The notes beneath the pieces were generated by a model that worked only from the letters and a program-made list of their open reading frames with translations, ran no database searches and was not told where the DNA came from. From Camelus ferus (taxonomy: Eukaryota), in contig NC_045696.1 in NCBI RefSeq assembly GCF_009834535.1, positions 76,758,001-76,822,000 on the forward strand: a DNA stretch of 64,000 bases. Direction: 5' to 3'. The first letter of the stretch is position 1. Each line of letters begins with the position of its first letter. Positions 1 through 12,989 of the stretch are shown piece after piece. The position numbers were made by a program, and so were the translations under genes.

Positions 1-1384
1 TGAACTAACACTGACATTGCAAAATCCTTGAAGCCAGAACTGTGAACTTTAACAATAAGGAGCTTCCCTTAGCAAATGAAAATAATTCTGATCTGACAAA
101 GTAATAGAAAATTAGTTTAAATCTAACCTCTTAAAAAAATTATCCCCCAAATCACCTTAATACTTTTCTTAGAGATGTGTTTTTCATTTTCACAATTTGG
201 TTCCCTCCCACCCCCACAAAGGTATTATTTGAGTATGCTCTCCCCTTGGCCATTGGCCATTGTGGGATTTGAGTGTGGGTTTTTAAAAAAAACAATTTTT
301 TTTCGTCAACAGAAATGCCATATCCCAGTTTTCAATGGCAGGAGATTTAACATGTTAAATAAATAATTTATATTAAAAAGCATTCAAGGTGTTATTTACA
401 TGGTAGTTCATTTGTCCAAATTAAACTTAATCCCTTAAAATAGTTTCTAATGTATGTGTACATTTTTTGGTAAGTGGTCTCATATACAGAAACCCAACCT
501 TCATGACCTCAAAGATTATCATTAAAATTCTTATTTCATATCTATTCACAGGGGATATAGAAAGACCAAGGATTTCCATAGTTAAACTTCAGAGGTTTGA
601 CTGAAGTTGGTAAGAAGGCTATGAAATATGTGAATTTAACCTTTGCCTGTTACCATGTAAATCATTTAGTTTCAGAATGCTTGCCCTGGAATGAGTGAAG
701 GTTTGTATTTTCTTCTTGTCAAAATGCCTGTGAACTGGGAGTGAAACAATGATGTTTGCAAATGTCAACTTTAATGCCTGTCTGCTGGATCCTAGGCAGC
801 TGCTTTTATACATTTAAACATTTTGAAATCTCTGGACATAGTGTATGAGAAATAGGTAAAGTTTTTTTTTTTTTTAAGTTTTGAATGTATAGTGATCAGA
901 GAAAGAAAAATGTGAAACTAAATGCCATTCCTGATTTACTTACCACCAGAAAGCAGGTAAAATGAGAAAATTATGCCCTTTTAATTTTGCCATAAACCCA
1001 TTTCAAAATAAGCATTGTTGTTGAGGTATTTTTTTCCAGCATTATCTTATGTCTTTTTTTCCCCATTTCTATGTTTACAGCCTGGCATTTGAGATATAAT
1101 TTCTTCCAGGAAACTTAGAAGCTTTGGGTAATGGTAGTGATCTCATTAGGAACACATTCTACCCAATAATTGCTATTGGTTTCACATGGTAAAATTAAGT
1201 TATTGCTCTCAAAAGAGCAGATGACAGAGGAAAGGTTAATGTTCTTGCTATAACGCTGCCAACTCCTCCAAGAAAGAATTCTAATAATGTAGTTGACGTC
1301 ACTAAAACTCTCATTAGGGGAATACAGTTTATAAATGGGGGAGAAATGAAGTGACTAGATTCAATTCTAATACAGTAAACATCA

Positions 1385-1600
1385 GTTTTTGAGTGTTTGT
1401 GCTAGAAGCTGTTCTAGGTGCTTTCCATGTGTTATCTCATTGCTCCTCATAGAAGCTTGACTCAGTAGCTGTCTTTGTTACCCCGTTTTACAGATGACTC
1501 TACTGAGGTACTCCCTCTGCAGATCCAAGTTTTTACAGAGTGAATACGAATGAATTCAAAGATGTTCTGAACATTGGCTGAGCTAAAGATTATGCTTGAG
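1385..1600 (-). mobile_element. MIR SINE fragment
   Basis: CTGTTCTAGGTGCTTT.CATG..TTATCTCATT..TCCTCA..CCCCGTTTTACAGATGA..ACTGAGG. Confidence 0.65.
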
Positions 1601-2489
1601 CTTGAATTCTTTCCCTTGACTACAGTGGGGATTCTTTCAGTCTGAACTCCAGGTTCCCTGAAGCTGATAGCCTGTCCCATCACTAGGAGAGGGAGGGTAA
1701 GGAAGATGTGGCTGATGGTTCCTGCCTTCCAAGAGGCAGGTGGCTGGTGTGCCCTCTCTGGTGGTGGGTAAGATTTGCTGGCGACTTCAGCAGGAAGGTT
1801 GCAGGATTGTGAGGTAGCTCCCATTCTCTCTGTTAGCTCCCATCCTTTGATAGCTGATACCTGGCGCATTGCAGCTTCAGGTTCGTGGCAGACTTTCACC
1901 TTTTAAGCCCTTCTCGTGTAAAATTTTGTAGCCCCCCTCTGCCTGTGTGTCTTGAGGGAAGTGGTGTTCAGCCTTTGGACAGATGTGGACAGCATGTGGA
2001 GAGTAAACACGGGGCGCAGAGAAAAGTCAGAGTGAGCCGATGGGAAGCAGCAGAGCAGGATGTTAGCAGTGGTAAAGGATGCTGCAGGAAGGCCACACTC
2101 TAACCATGTGTGCAGGATGGAGAGGAGGAAGGATAAGAGCTGGCACGGATTTGCCATCAGGGCAACAAAGCCCAGACTGGGGGTAAATTGAAGAGGCTGC
2201 CCCCAAGTTTTCAGTCATGGACAAAAAGCAGCTAAAAGCCAATTAGACACTAGACGAGCTATCCCTGTTTAGAAAGGATTCATCTTTCTGTCTGAGAAGA
2301 GATCAGTGCTCAAAGCTAAAACCACACTTGTTTTATTTAACTGAAGGATTCTATTTATTAGAGAATGAGTTCAGTTAATTTATTGTGTGTGATTGATGAA
2401 TTATAATTTTCTAAAATCTTTTTGGGTTCTAAGTTGTGATTAAAAACCATAGCTAATTTTTTGGATAAATGATGTTTATTTGTTACTTA

Positions 2490-2925
2490 TTATTATTTGG
2501 TTTTCTCCCATTGAAGTTATCGTTTTCACTGTTTTCTGGTTTCCACCGCTGCTGTTGACACATCAGGTGTAAGTCTGACTGTAGCTCATTTAAAGGGGAT
2601 CTGTCTTTTTTCTCTGGTGCTTTAATTTTTTTCACTATTTTTTGATGGCCTAGAGTTCCCTTATGATACATCAACATTATATGTAAACTTAAAAAACTTA
2701 TTTCACTAGGGAAGTGCTGGACTTCTTGAACCCATGGATGGTGTTTGTATCAGCTCTAGAAAACTCTCTGCCATCTCTTTCCTTTCCTCATGGGCCTCAC
2801 AAGTAACATCTTTTGGGCCCCCTCACTATATTCTCTATGTCTCTCATCGTCTATTGTGTACTTTTTCATAATTTTGTCTCTCCATTCGTATTTCCAGATA
2901 ACTGTGCACTGAACAATCATTTTCT
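2490..2925 (-). mobile_element. Old L1/HAL1 ORF1-region fragment
   Basis: TTCACTGTTTTCTGGTTTCCA..GCTGCTGTTGA..AGTCTGA..GATCTGTCTTTTTTCTCTGG is typical antisense L1/HAL1 ORF1 sequence. Confidence 0.6.
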
Positions 2926-2929
2926 GGCT

Positions 2930-3133
2930 CAGGAGTCAGTGAAGCACAGTCCAAAGGTCAAACCTGACTCGCTGCCTCTTTCTGTGTGTCCGGTGAATGA
3001 AGATTGACTTTTACATTTTTAAATGGTTGTAAAAAGGGTTTAAGAAGATAATGTTTTGTGATGCATGAAAATTACATAGAATTCAAATTTTAGCATCCAT
3101 AAATAAAGATTTTACTAGTACATAACCACACAC
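2930..3133. mobile_element. MER58B-like hAT-Charlie DNA transposon fragment
   Basis: CAGGAGTCAG start; TTTTACATTTTTAAATGGTTG; GAAAATTACATAGAATTCAAATTTTAG..TCCATAAATAAAG. Confidence 0.75.
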
Positions 3134-5589
3134 AACAAAATTGAAACCATAGCTAACTGTTTTTAATCACATCAGATTTACCTGAATCTGACCAGTGACG
3201 TTTTGGTTATTGGACCAGTGCCTGGCCAGGGGAGAACTTTCCCTGATCATGTGTCCCAGATCTTCGTCCCCCCTGGAAGAGAGGGAAGAAGGCCTTATGA
3301 AGATGGTAAAACAAAGCCAGAGACTTGGGTTATTTTGTAACCCTGGATGTGGAGAGCTGTGTGTTTCTGTTGAGACAAGATTATATTCCGTTTGCGTGAA
3401 TGGGGCAGAGAAATTTGCTAGAGGTGTGTTTGTTTAACGTAGCTCTTGCAGTCTTTGGCTTATCCTGCTTATTTCATAGCTGTCACTTCATCTCATGGGA
3501 ATGTGGTATTTCCAGTAATTTGCAAGAATATGTGAGCTAAGCATTGCCAGATCTCACGTCTGGGATGAAATGAACCCAAATTATCAGAGTCTTCCTCTTG
3601 AGGCTCTTAACTCATTAGGACCAGAATACTAAATAACCTGTTTAAATATGCTCTGTTGGCGATCAGTTCACTTTACAAAATACTTTAAACTTCAGGCAGA
3701 TATATATACACACACACACACACGTATACACATAAATACGTATAATATACATATAAAATATCTTTTAAAAACACAACATTCTAAAGAATTAAAAGCAGAA
3801 AAACATAAATATAACTCTAAGTCTTCTGTTTAAAGATGAGCTTTAGCCAAAGTCCTTATTTCCCCCTCCTTCTGTTTACACTGTGTTCTACTTGATTACC
3901 CCAAATACTCATGAGTTTAAAACACTAGGTGCCTGTTATACAGTTTCTTATAAAGTGCATTTGATATGCAAATTGTTATAGTGAGCCATCATTAATTCAT
4001 AAGTTATTTATGCTCATTTTAATAGGGGGAGAAGTACCTTGTCTCATTCTATATAAATTCTTCTTCACAGTCTATCAAATAAAGAAAGATGTTTGAGATT
4101 AAATAAATGTGCTGCTAATGTTGGTGAATGTCTTATGCTTGATATATTTCAGAGATTTCTGGACATTTATAATTGCATTCCCCTAATTGTGCTGGGAATT
4201 GGCGACCAAAGTGAGTGATAGGTACCGCTTCAGATAGTGGTCTCTGTGGTCCCTTGTCCCACTCATAAAGATCACTTACGTTGTAAGAAGACGCGGGTGA
4301 ATAAGTGGAAAAGGGAGGCATTAGAAAGGTGAATATGCAAGAGAGAATGAAACAAGCATTCATTTCTTCATTTAGTGCTTGTTACTGGTCACCTACTCTG
4401 CTGGCGCCATGAAGACACGGCTCCTCCCTTCAAGATGCTGAGAGGCTAGTGGGGGAGTCAGACATGTGACACAGTGAGTGCTTCTTGCTGTCTCCCCTTA
4501 ACTCTAGGTACAGGGAGCCTATTCCTTGCTCTCCTAATCTCGCCCTTTGTAAGGATACATCTTGGCATGGTTACCTGGATTCTAGGGCATACCGCTTTCC
4601 CGCATCTCAGGGCTTGCTTCCTCCAGACTTGAAGGAGGACCATCTGGTCCCTGCTTGGCATCTGCAAATGCTGCTTCTTGCGCTCTCTGTGTTTGTTCAT
4701 CTCGGGTCACTGGGAGAGCAGCAGCACCCCTTCCTGTGAGAGGGCGGGGTATCTCTTCTGAATGCTGAAACCCCTCCCAGATCTCGCCCCGTCAGTTGAT
4801 GATGGTGGTGAAAGTGTTCTAAATGTGACCAGTCTCCTGGGGTTACTTACGGCAGCTCTCACTGGCCTTACAGATGGAGTTTTACATCCTCCTGCACTTA
4901 GCTTATAAACAAGAGGCAACTCTTCTGACTTTAAAAAAATTGAGCTGCTGGTTGGTTGCTGTGGAGCTTAAGGGTATAGTCAGTTTACACAAAACCAGAG
5001 ACAAGTCTGATCTGGGCCGCCGCACCCCGCACCCTCCCCTGGCACGGGCGTCATGGTTCCAGCCAAGGAACTGGTTCCAGCCTATACTTTCCATTTTATG
5101 CTTTGAAATATTTAAGAGAATTTTCTAGAGATACATTTAAGTATTGGTATTTCAGTGTGATAACTAGTTAACTAGTAACTTGTAATTAGTAACGTGTTCT
5201 TTAGATCGAGGGTTCTCACTTTTGGCGAGCTTGTCAGGGTTGTAATGCAGGTTGTGACCCAGCGTTACAGAGCTTGTGCAAGTGTTTGTAGGTAGCGTAA
5301 TTTTGCTTTAGAGGAGAATTAAATATATGGCAACACATACTATATTCCTGATAAAATAAGTTAAAGCAGTGTGAACATTAAACAGTTGGTGGGATACTTA
5401 ATATTGCTAGGTCAAATGGTGATATTTGTTTTCATGACAATTGCCTTGTGAACATATGAAGATGTTAATTATGAGAGTGAGGAGATTGGTAATGGTAGGA
5501 AGGCCATGTTCGTAGATTTTTTTTGTATTTTCCTTAATGATAACACAGGTAGAAATCTTTTTCTTTGAGGAACACTAAGATTAAAAAGG

Positions 5590-5815
5590 AAAAGCAGGTT
5601 TTCGAGTCTAACATACCTGGGATTAAATCCAAGCTCTGTCATTTACTGGCTGTTTGACCTGGGTTAGGGGAACTTACCTGGAGTGTCTCTTTACTTAGCT
5701 GTAAAATATGAGTGAAAATACACTTATTAAAGGGTGACTCTGAGCTTTACATTAAATCATGTATGTTTGATATTTATCCCAGTTTTGCCACAGGCAGGTG
5801 ATCAGTAAATGTTGG
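5590..5815 (+). mobile_element. MIR SINE
   Basis: ACCTGGG.TT.AATCC.AGCTCTG.CATTTACTGGCTG..TGACCTGGG; CTGTAAAAT; TCAGTAAATGTTGG. Confidence 0.7.
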
Positions 5816-5869
5816 TGGATGGAATACAACCTTAACTGAGCTAAGATGGACTGCCTTTGTGGACAGTAC

Positions 5870-6170
5870 ATCACTTTTCGCTGAGCACCTGTTCGGTGTG
5901 TTGGACTCCAGGCAAAGCACTGGCGCTACAGAAATGTTGAACTCCAGGTGCTCCCCTCAGGGAAGTCACAGTCTGTTGGTGAAGTCAAGCCCCCCCCCCC
6001 ACCTGTGCCACAGTGTCGTGCAGGAGGAACGTGCAGTGGGGCACAGCAGGTGTCTTGGCAGCCTAAGGAGAGTTATGTGATTCAACAATGGGTGGTCCAT
6101 CTGGGAGGGCTTCCTGGAGGGAGTGACCCTTGAGCTGACTATGGAAAGACAAGTATGAATCACTTTAATT
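5870..6170 (-). mobile_element. Antisense L2 fragment
   Basis: CTGAGCACCT..CCAGGCA..CTCAGGGAAGTCACAGTCT..GGGAGGGCTTCCTGGAGG.AGTGAC..TTGAGCTGA. Confidence 0.65.
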
Positions 6171-8149
6171 TATTCAGTAAGGGAGTGAGAAAGGTAGAAG
6201 GAGCTGGGAGAAGGCCACTGGGGCCTGAAGTCATATCCAACTTCTCGGTTTTGGGTAGAAGTTACATGTACTAAAACACTTTCCTTCCTATTTCGTGGAA
6301 TGTTTGTCTTTTCCTTTCTCTCCCTCTATCGGCATGAGAAGGTCTAAGGAAGACAGGGAAGACTGTAGCGCATACCACTGTAGGCCTATGGCTCCCAAGT
6401 TCTCCACTCCAATTGGCCTCACTGGTGAGGCCATGGTGGACTGGTGGTTTTCCATGCCCAGAGAAGCCTTACTGTCTATTTCACAGTGGGTGACAATGGG
6501 AGGGCAGGCCAGCTTGGCAGTGGTGACCCCATCGTTTATGTCTGTGCAGGGGGTGCATCACCGAGGAGCCACGTGTCATTGATGGTCCGCGTGCACTGCG
6601 CTCCCGCCGGTCAGTGGGAGGGAGCGCAGAGAGAGAGCGGGACGGCTGCCAGGCCCGAGTGGGAAGGCTCCTCCAGGCCATGTCCTGAGTCTCAGTGATT
6701 CCCACCTGTCTCCACACCACCCTCTCCCAGCACCCCACAGCAGCTCTATTTTTTTCTGGGAAACCCACTTGCACCTAAAATACTGTTATTTTCAACACCA
6801 GAATGTAAATCACTCCTTAGCATTCCTGGGTAGGTGCAATCTCTGAGGCTTGCAATTACTCAAGTTATGCAAACAGCCTCTTTTTAAGATTTCCTTCGAG
6901 TCCCTACTGGGCTGCTAGGGGAGAAGAAGATGCTTTGTGGAAACTGGGCCTTAAAATTGCCTTGAAAATACATTTATAATTGCGTATAAAACAAAATGCG
7001 CATGTGAGCTGTGTGGTTTTATTTTTAATTATCTGTTTTTTAGTAAACATTCCACTAAGATTTCAAGAAATAAAGTCCCAGGGCCTCATAAATGAATAAA
7101 TAAAATATGAGGCATAATAAAATCAGATGATATAATGCACATGAAAAAATGGGACAAGAGGAATATAAATGGAAAATATATATAGTCTTGTAAGATTCAC
7201 ATTGTGCTCCTTTCTGAAATAATTATCTCTGGAACATTATAAGCAAACAAGTTTTAGAATTTAGAAATGCACTCTTTGGATTTTGTATCTAAACATCAAT
7301 GTATTTATATTTCCTTTCATTTTTATTAATTCACTGAAGCAGCCTTTAGCTAATTCCCCAAACCTAAATGTAGTCCACAGATGCAATCTCTTCATAAAGG
7401 AAAGAAATAGATTTGTATTTCATGATGTGGCTGTATTTTCCATGAGAGGAGTTTTGTTGCATTAGATTTTTCCATTCCTATGTAACAAAACAGCCTCAAA
7501 ATCGATAAAACAGCAGCACAAATAATAAATACTATGTAGGAAAGTAGGTCACTCTGCATTAATTCATAGAGAAAATAGGTCTGCTCCACTAGGTCTGCTG
7601 CTGGTCTGAGAGGGGTAATTAGTGTCAGTCACTCCTTTAATGCTGGGAGAAGTTGTGACTGATTCCTGCCCTTCTTTCCTTTCCTCCTCCACTCCCCAGA
7701 CTGTTGTGTCAGCAAACTCTGAAAAAACCAATGAAAGAGTTGTTTCAGCAGTTCTGAGAGAGATGGCCACGCGAACGTCTGGGGTTAATGGGACCGCAAT
7801 TGCTGGTCCCATCAGACAGCGGCTGCCCGGCCTCGGAGGCTGTGTGGGAGCCAGTCCCTCACCTGGAGCCGCTGGGATGCTGCTGCCCTCTCTCCACCCG
7901 AGGAAACTTAGATCCAGATAGAAAAATAGGAGGGGGCATCTGACAATCATGTCTTCCATGTTTGTTGCTGGTGTTTACACGTCATCAAAACTTGGGCCAG
8001 TTTAACTGCAGCTTGTGGGTTTCATTAAAATATTTCTCTACTGAGCTAGCCGCTGGTCCTCAGAGAATCATCCTGGCCACTTTTTGTGGGTGGTGGGGAA
8101 GGATTTTTATTTAGGGAAAACTCTGATGTGTAAATCTGCCTATCTAGGG

Positions 8150-8445
8150 CAGGGGTTGCAAACTCATTATTGCAAGATGTATTTTGTGAAGGGTGCATAG
8201 TATTCTGAAGTATTTTCCAACGTTTAAAGTTCAGGGGATTTCATGTTGAAAGGAGCCAGATTTCTGGATATTCTTAACACATCAGAAAATCTGACAACGG
8301 GCCCCTATTCCTTCCTGGCAACAACTGGCTGGAGCTGGGTCTGGACAGGACTTATTAGATACACCCCTCGTGTGTGTGTCTGGCTCCCGGAGTGTTCGTG
8401 ACTCCTGATTTAACCCACCCTGCCTGTTTCCTGCATGGCTGCCTA
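8150..8445. mobile_element. MER102-like hAT-Charlie relic
   Basis: CAGGGG start; CCAGATTTCTGG..TCAGAAAATCTGACAAC..GGCCC..GGCAACAACTGGCTGGAGCTG. Confidence 0.6.
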
Positions 8446-8462
8446 TCTTCGTGTTTTTGGAC

Positions 8463-8616
8463 CAGTGGTTCTCAAAACGGGCTGCATACTAGTCACCTGG
8501 GGAACTTTTAGGCCTTGGCTTTACCCGCAGAGATTTGGTTGTATTGGTCTGGAGTTGGGTAGCTTCAGCGGCACCTCAGGTGATGCTAATATTTGGCCAA
8601 GGTTGAGAAACCTTGG
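8463..8616. mobile_element. MER5A-like hAT-Charlie MITE
   Basis: Terminal inverted repeats CAGTGGTTCTCAA ... TTGAGAAACC; internal TCACCTGGGGA and CAGGTGATGCTAAT. Confidence 0.75.
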
Positions 8617-10851
8617 CCTAGGGAGAATAGAAACCTGGCATCGGTCATTGTCTCATGAGGTTCCAGGGGAACCATTGCTCAGCCTTGCGATGTCTATTAG
8701 GGAAATATCAACTTCCTTGGTTTTTCCAGGGAGAATTGATCTGGTTTTCTCTTCCTTTAAATTCATGGTTTTGTAGGGATTCATTGGGGGTCATGAAATG
8801 CACAGTTTGGAGCTGTTGATGGATCAAGGATCCTTTCAGTGGTCACAAATGCTAAGAAACACACTTTGGACTTTCCCCTCTCACAAAGTACTGTGTAGAG
8901 AGCTGTGGCCTCTCTCTCATGCCATTTCTCCCTCCCCTTACATTGCTTTGCTTCTGTGTGAGGTGGGCACTTTCTGGCTGAGTAAAGGGGGATGTGTCTA
9001 TAGAGTATGTCATGAGATCAACCTTTTTAATGCCCATAAAAAAGACAGAATGTCAATTTAAAACCTCATCTGTCACAAGCATTTTCAGTCTTGCAGTGAT
9101 TTATAAAATACTGTAAATTGCAGTCACACTGGCCCATAACAACCTGGAAGCTACTTCAATAGCAAAACTTTCATGGAAAAAGATGATCTATAGTTGGAAT
9201 AAAAGTTGCAGAAAGGGAGCGGCGTTTAATAGGCAGGTGCTATTATCATGCACAAGAGAACATTTTCTCCGAAAGAAATGCTCTATCCAAAGCATGGTGA
9301 GGGGAGCTCTGCGTTGCAGTTCTGTGCCTCTTACGAGCGAGGAAGAGTCGAGGGAGGATATGTCGGAAAGAGAAGGCAGGAGGAGAATTGGAGCTTTCAT
9401 TTGAAATGAACCATCCAAGGTTCTCTCTGCTGTTCTCTACATTTTTGCCTGCAGACATTGCCTGCAGTCCTGGGGGAGAAGGCAGAAAGCTGTGCAGAAT
9501 AGTCAGGGTGGGCCAGCTTGATGTGTATCTGGACTGGCAGACTTAAGACAGTTAAAAAAACAAAAAGCGTCTGTGTAGGGGGATGGTGAGGAGAGGAAGG
9601 AGATCAGTTGGGGCTACATGCCAGCTGGTTTTTGTACAAAAACTTTCATATTAAAAAAACAGTGACTTGAAAGCTTGTTGACAGAGAACAAGTTTCTCAG
9701 AAGAAACTTAACATTTAGGATTCCTAAACTGCTCTTTGAACACGGATTTGCTATCACCTTAGATTTAGATGTTATCAGATTCTAGAGAACTTGACCTCAG
9801 CAGGGATCTGGAGGCAGTGGTGGGGGGAGACCACAGACACAGAATTTTAAAACCAGGTGTTGCTGCTCAGAGGGCCTGCGTTGCAGAAAGAGAGGGGCTC
9901 ACCAGCCAGGGGCTGGCAACTGACTCATCCCAGTTTTTTATCACATCAAAGTGACAGGCTTCCTTTTATATTTGGTCTACCCTTCAAGCTTTGCCTTGTG
10001 GTCAGCTGGGGAGAAGGGCCTTCATAACACTCAGGTAAGAAAAAGGAGATAAAGGGACACTTAACAGGGAAGGGAAGATGAACTTGTAAGTTGCCAGGCT
10101 TCCAAAAATCTGTTTGAAGGGGGTAGATAATAAAAGGGGTACTGATAATGTACTTGAAAGGATGTCAAATATGCATTTGAAAAGAGGTCAAGTACACATT
10201 TGAAAACAAAGGGAGGCACAATATTTGTTCTGGAGAACAAAGAAAATCATGACATTGAAATTCTATACAGGGGTTATGACTGTACAAGGGAGTAAAATCT
10301 TACGGATATTTTTGGATAGTTGACTTTTTAATGAGACAAGAAATTCTGGGGAGGGCTGATTTCCTCTCATATCCACTTTTTTTTTTTTTTTTTTAGTTTA
10401 AAAAAATTATTGTTGCTGGTTTATACATCTTTATCTTAGAAAAAGGATTTGAAGCAGCTGTCAATTCCAAGATTTATCACTTCCTGACACTGTACCAGGG
10501 TAGATAATAGAACCAAGGCTAAGATGATGATAAGAATCTCTTTTATTTATTTTGCCTTAAAAATGTTTGTATTATATCTTTATCTCATATCCTGTCATGA
10601 TCATGGTAGTTTGACCCAGAGTAGGTGCTCAAAGAACACATTTGGATCAATGACACTTCCCTCATGGGCGGAAGGAAGTTAGGTTTGATTAGAATTTTGA
10701 AGGCACTTAATTATTTGTTGCAAACTACTGTGGAGATGAATTTTGTTATTTCCTCTGACGGTGTTAAACTTTATAGCAGGCCTGTCTTCCAGAAAGCAAT
10801 GACAGTTAAGAAATCCCACCACACATTTGTATTTTGGAAATGGCTAACTGT

Positions 10852-11168
10852 TGTCAAAGAGAAGTTGCACTGGATGGAGTTAACCAGTCAAGGGGGGGTT
10901 TAGTCAAAACTGCTGCGATCAGGGAGAGCTTGACTTCGTCTCCAATACAACAGCGGCAGCTGGGGATTTATACACGAGAGACAAGAGGAGAAAGTTCCTG
11001 GGTGAAAAGCTGAGAGAAGTTTGGCTGGCTATCAAGGGTGGGGAGATCCTTGCAAAACTGACTTGGCTGAGTTCTTGTAAAACTGGGTCAGCAGTCTAAC
11101 TGTGAGGCCTGGTTGAGAAGAGGGCTGAGGAGCCTGGCCAAAGTGCGGTCGAAGGGGGCTAGTTGTCA
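10852..11168 (-). mobile_element. ERV1 LTR relic, MER67/MER31-like
   Basis: TGTCAAAGA...TTGTCA termini. Segments GGGGATTTATA, TATCAAGGGTGGGG, AAAACTGACTT and GAGAAGAGGGCTGAGGAGCCTG resemble recalled MER67/MER31 consensus. Confidence 0.7.
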
Positions 11169-12339
11169 CCATGAAGGACCATCTTGCTCTTGTTTGTTCT
11201 GAGGTAAAACCCACCCCCTCCTTCCTCATGATTCCTCTGGGATTGGCAGATTACTGTGTTGCTTACTTTCCTTCCATTTTTTTGAGACATTCCTCATTAA
11301 TGAATCTTCTGGCAGTAGCCTGAATAAAACCATGTCCTTGGTTGGCTGGTGCAGACGATCTTTCCCAGTTTGGGTGCCATGTCTTGGGTAGGAGCGGCAC
11401 CCTTGCCCTCGGAAACCTGTTCACTCCACCCAAGTACCGTGGCCTCTTGGAGCCCTTTGTGCTGTTTCTGACTGGCGTTTGGGGGTGTGCGTGGGGGCGG
11501 GGGGCACTCTGTGTGTGTTAGATTCTTGCCTTCCCCAAATTGAACCCTAAATAATATATTTTGCATGTAAATTGTCTTTGTCACAAAGAATTTGTTCTTT
11601 CCCCTTGTAAAAACAGAGATGCTAGAAAGAATTAGGCTTATTTGATATGTTACTATTGATGAACTGTATGGGAAGAGAGGTCAAACCAGAAGTGATACTC
11701 AGCTTCCTCTAGGTTGCACATGCCTGGGTGAAATGTTAATAACACAGATATTTCAGAAATTGCATGCTGTTGGAGAAATTCCCAGAGACTTGTCAGTGCC
11801 CTCGCTGTCCAGGATAGTTCTATTTACCAGAGGCCTGGGATGCTTCGCTTGATAATTGGCAACAACAGTGTAGTGCAGTCATAATTTTGGTTATTTTTTA
11901 GGCATTAATCTGGTTGCAACTTACATTATGGCAATTAGGGTGTGTATTCCTCTTACAAGGTATGAAGGTTTCCCCCCTGAAACCACTACATCGTTTAAAC
12001 TACAAGCATTCATACATATACACATTTCTCAATAAATGTCCAATGGCAACTAGCAGACACTCAGGTGGACAGGTTTATATTCTATTGGTGAGGACAGACA
12101 ACAGACAAGTTATCAAAAAAGATGAGTTACAGGTGATTTTTATAAAGAAAGAATGGCTGATGTGAGGTAGAATGAGAGGGATGGTTGGTCAGGGTGATCA
12201 TAGGGGAGGCTTCCTGGGGACGCTCACAGGTGGACATCGGAAGGTTGCTGCCGAGCCGGCCACGCAGACCGCTGGGAGAGGAGCACGCCCACCTCCCCCT
12301 CGTCTCTGCTCCGGCTCCGTGTGGGGGGACAGTGCTTTG

Positions 12340-12870
12340 CATTTGCTCCACTTGCCCGCTGTGGCTAGTAGGCTGCTCTCGAGAATGCGCTCACCTTGCC
12401 ATCAGTGTTGTCAACTGATCAGGAGGCAGCTGTATTTTTTTCCCCCAAATTTGTTTATACTGGTTGTGTTGTTTTGATTATGCAAAGAAATGAAATATGA
12501 TTTTGAAAAGAGAGTCATTTCTATGAAAATTAACTGCAGTGGTATGGGAAAATTTTTCAAAAGGCAACTTTCTAAGTTTCTGCTATCAAATTAGGTCTGG
12601 GCAAGACAACTGTGAGAGTTGGAAAATTATAAAAATACAGGAGGATTTTGGATTTAGATGGCTTCGCAGTTTTTGTTTTCTCATGAATTAAAGAAATTGA
12701 AACTGGAAATATTCGACTGGTGTGGTATACGAAAACAGATGATGTGGCACTATAAAAAGTGGACCTGCAACCAAAAAAAAAAAATCTTGGCCCTTTATCA
12801 AATGACTAGAGTGTACGTTTGTTTTAGGTTAAAACAAAATGTTTAAGCTATGTATGTAATTTTATACACT
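12340..12870 (+). mobile_element. Tigger15a-like TcMar-Tigger relic
   Basis: AAAAGAGAG..TTTCTATGAAAA, AATTAGGTCTGGGCAAGACAACTGT, AAAGAAATTGAAACTGGAAAT and CTTGGCCCT..ATCAAA match the recalled Tigger15a transposase-region consensus. Confidence 0.7.
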
Positions 12871-12989
12871 TAACATTTTAACATAAGCTACCTATCATTT
12901 TTCCTTCCTTCTATTTCTCATGTTTTACCACTTATTTTTTCTTTTAACTGACTAATCCCTTCACCTGACTAGGTAAAGTTAAAAAAAAA

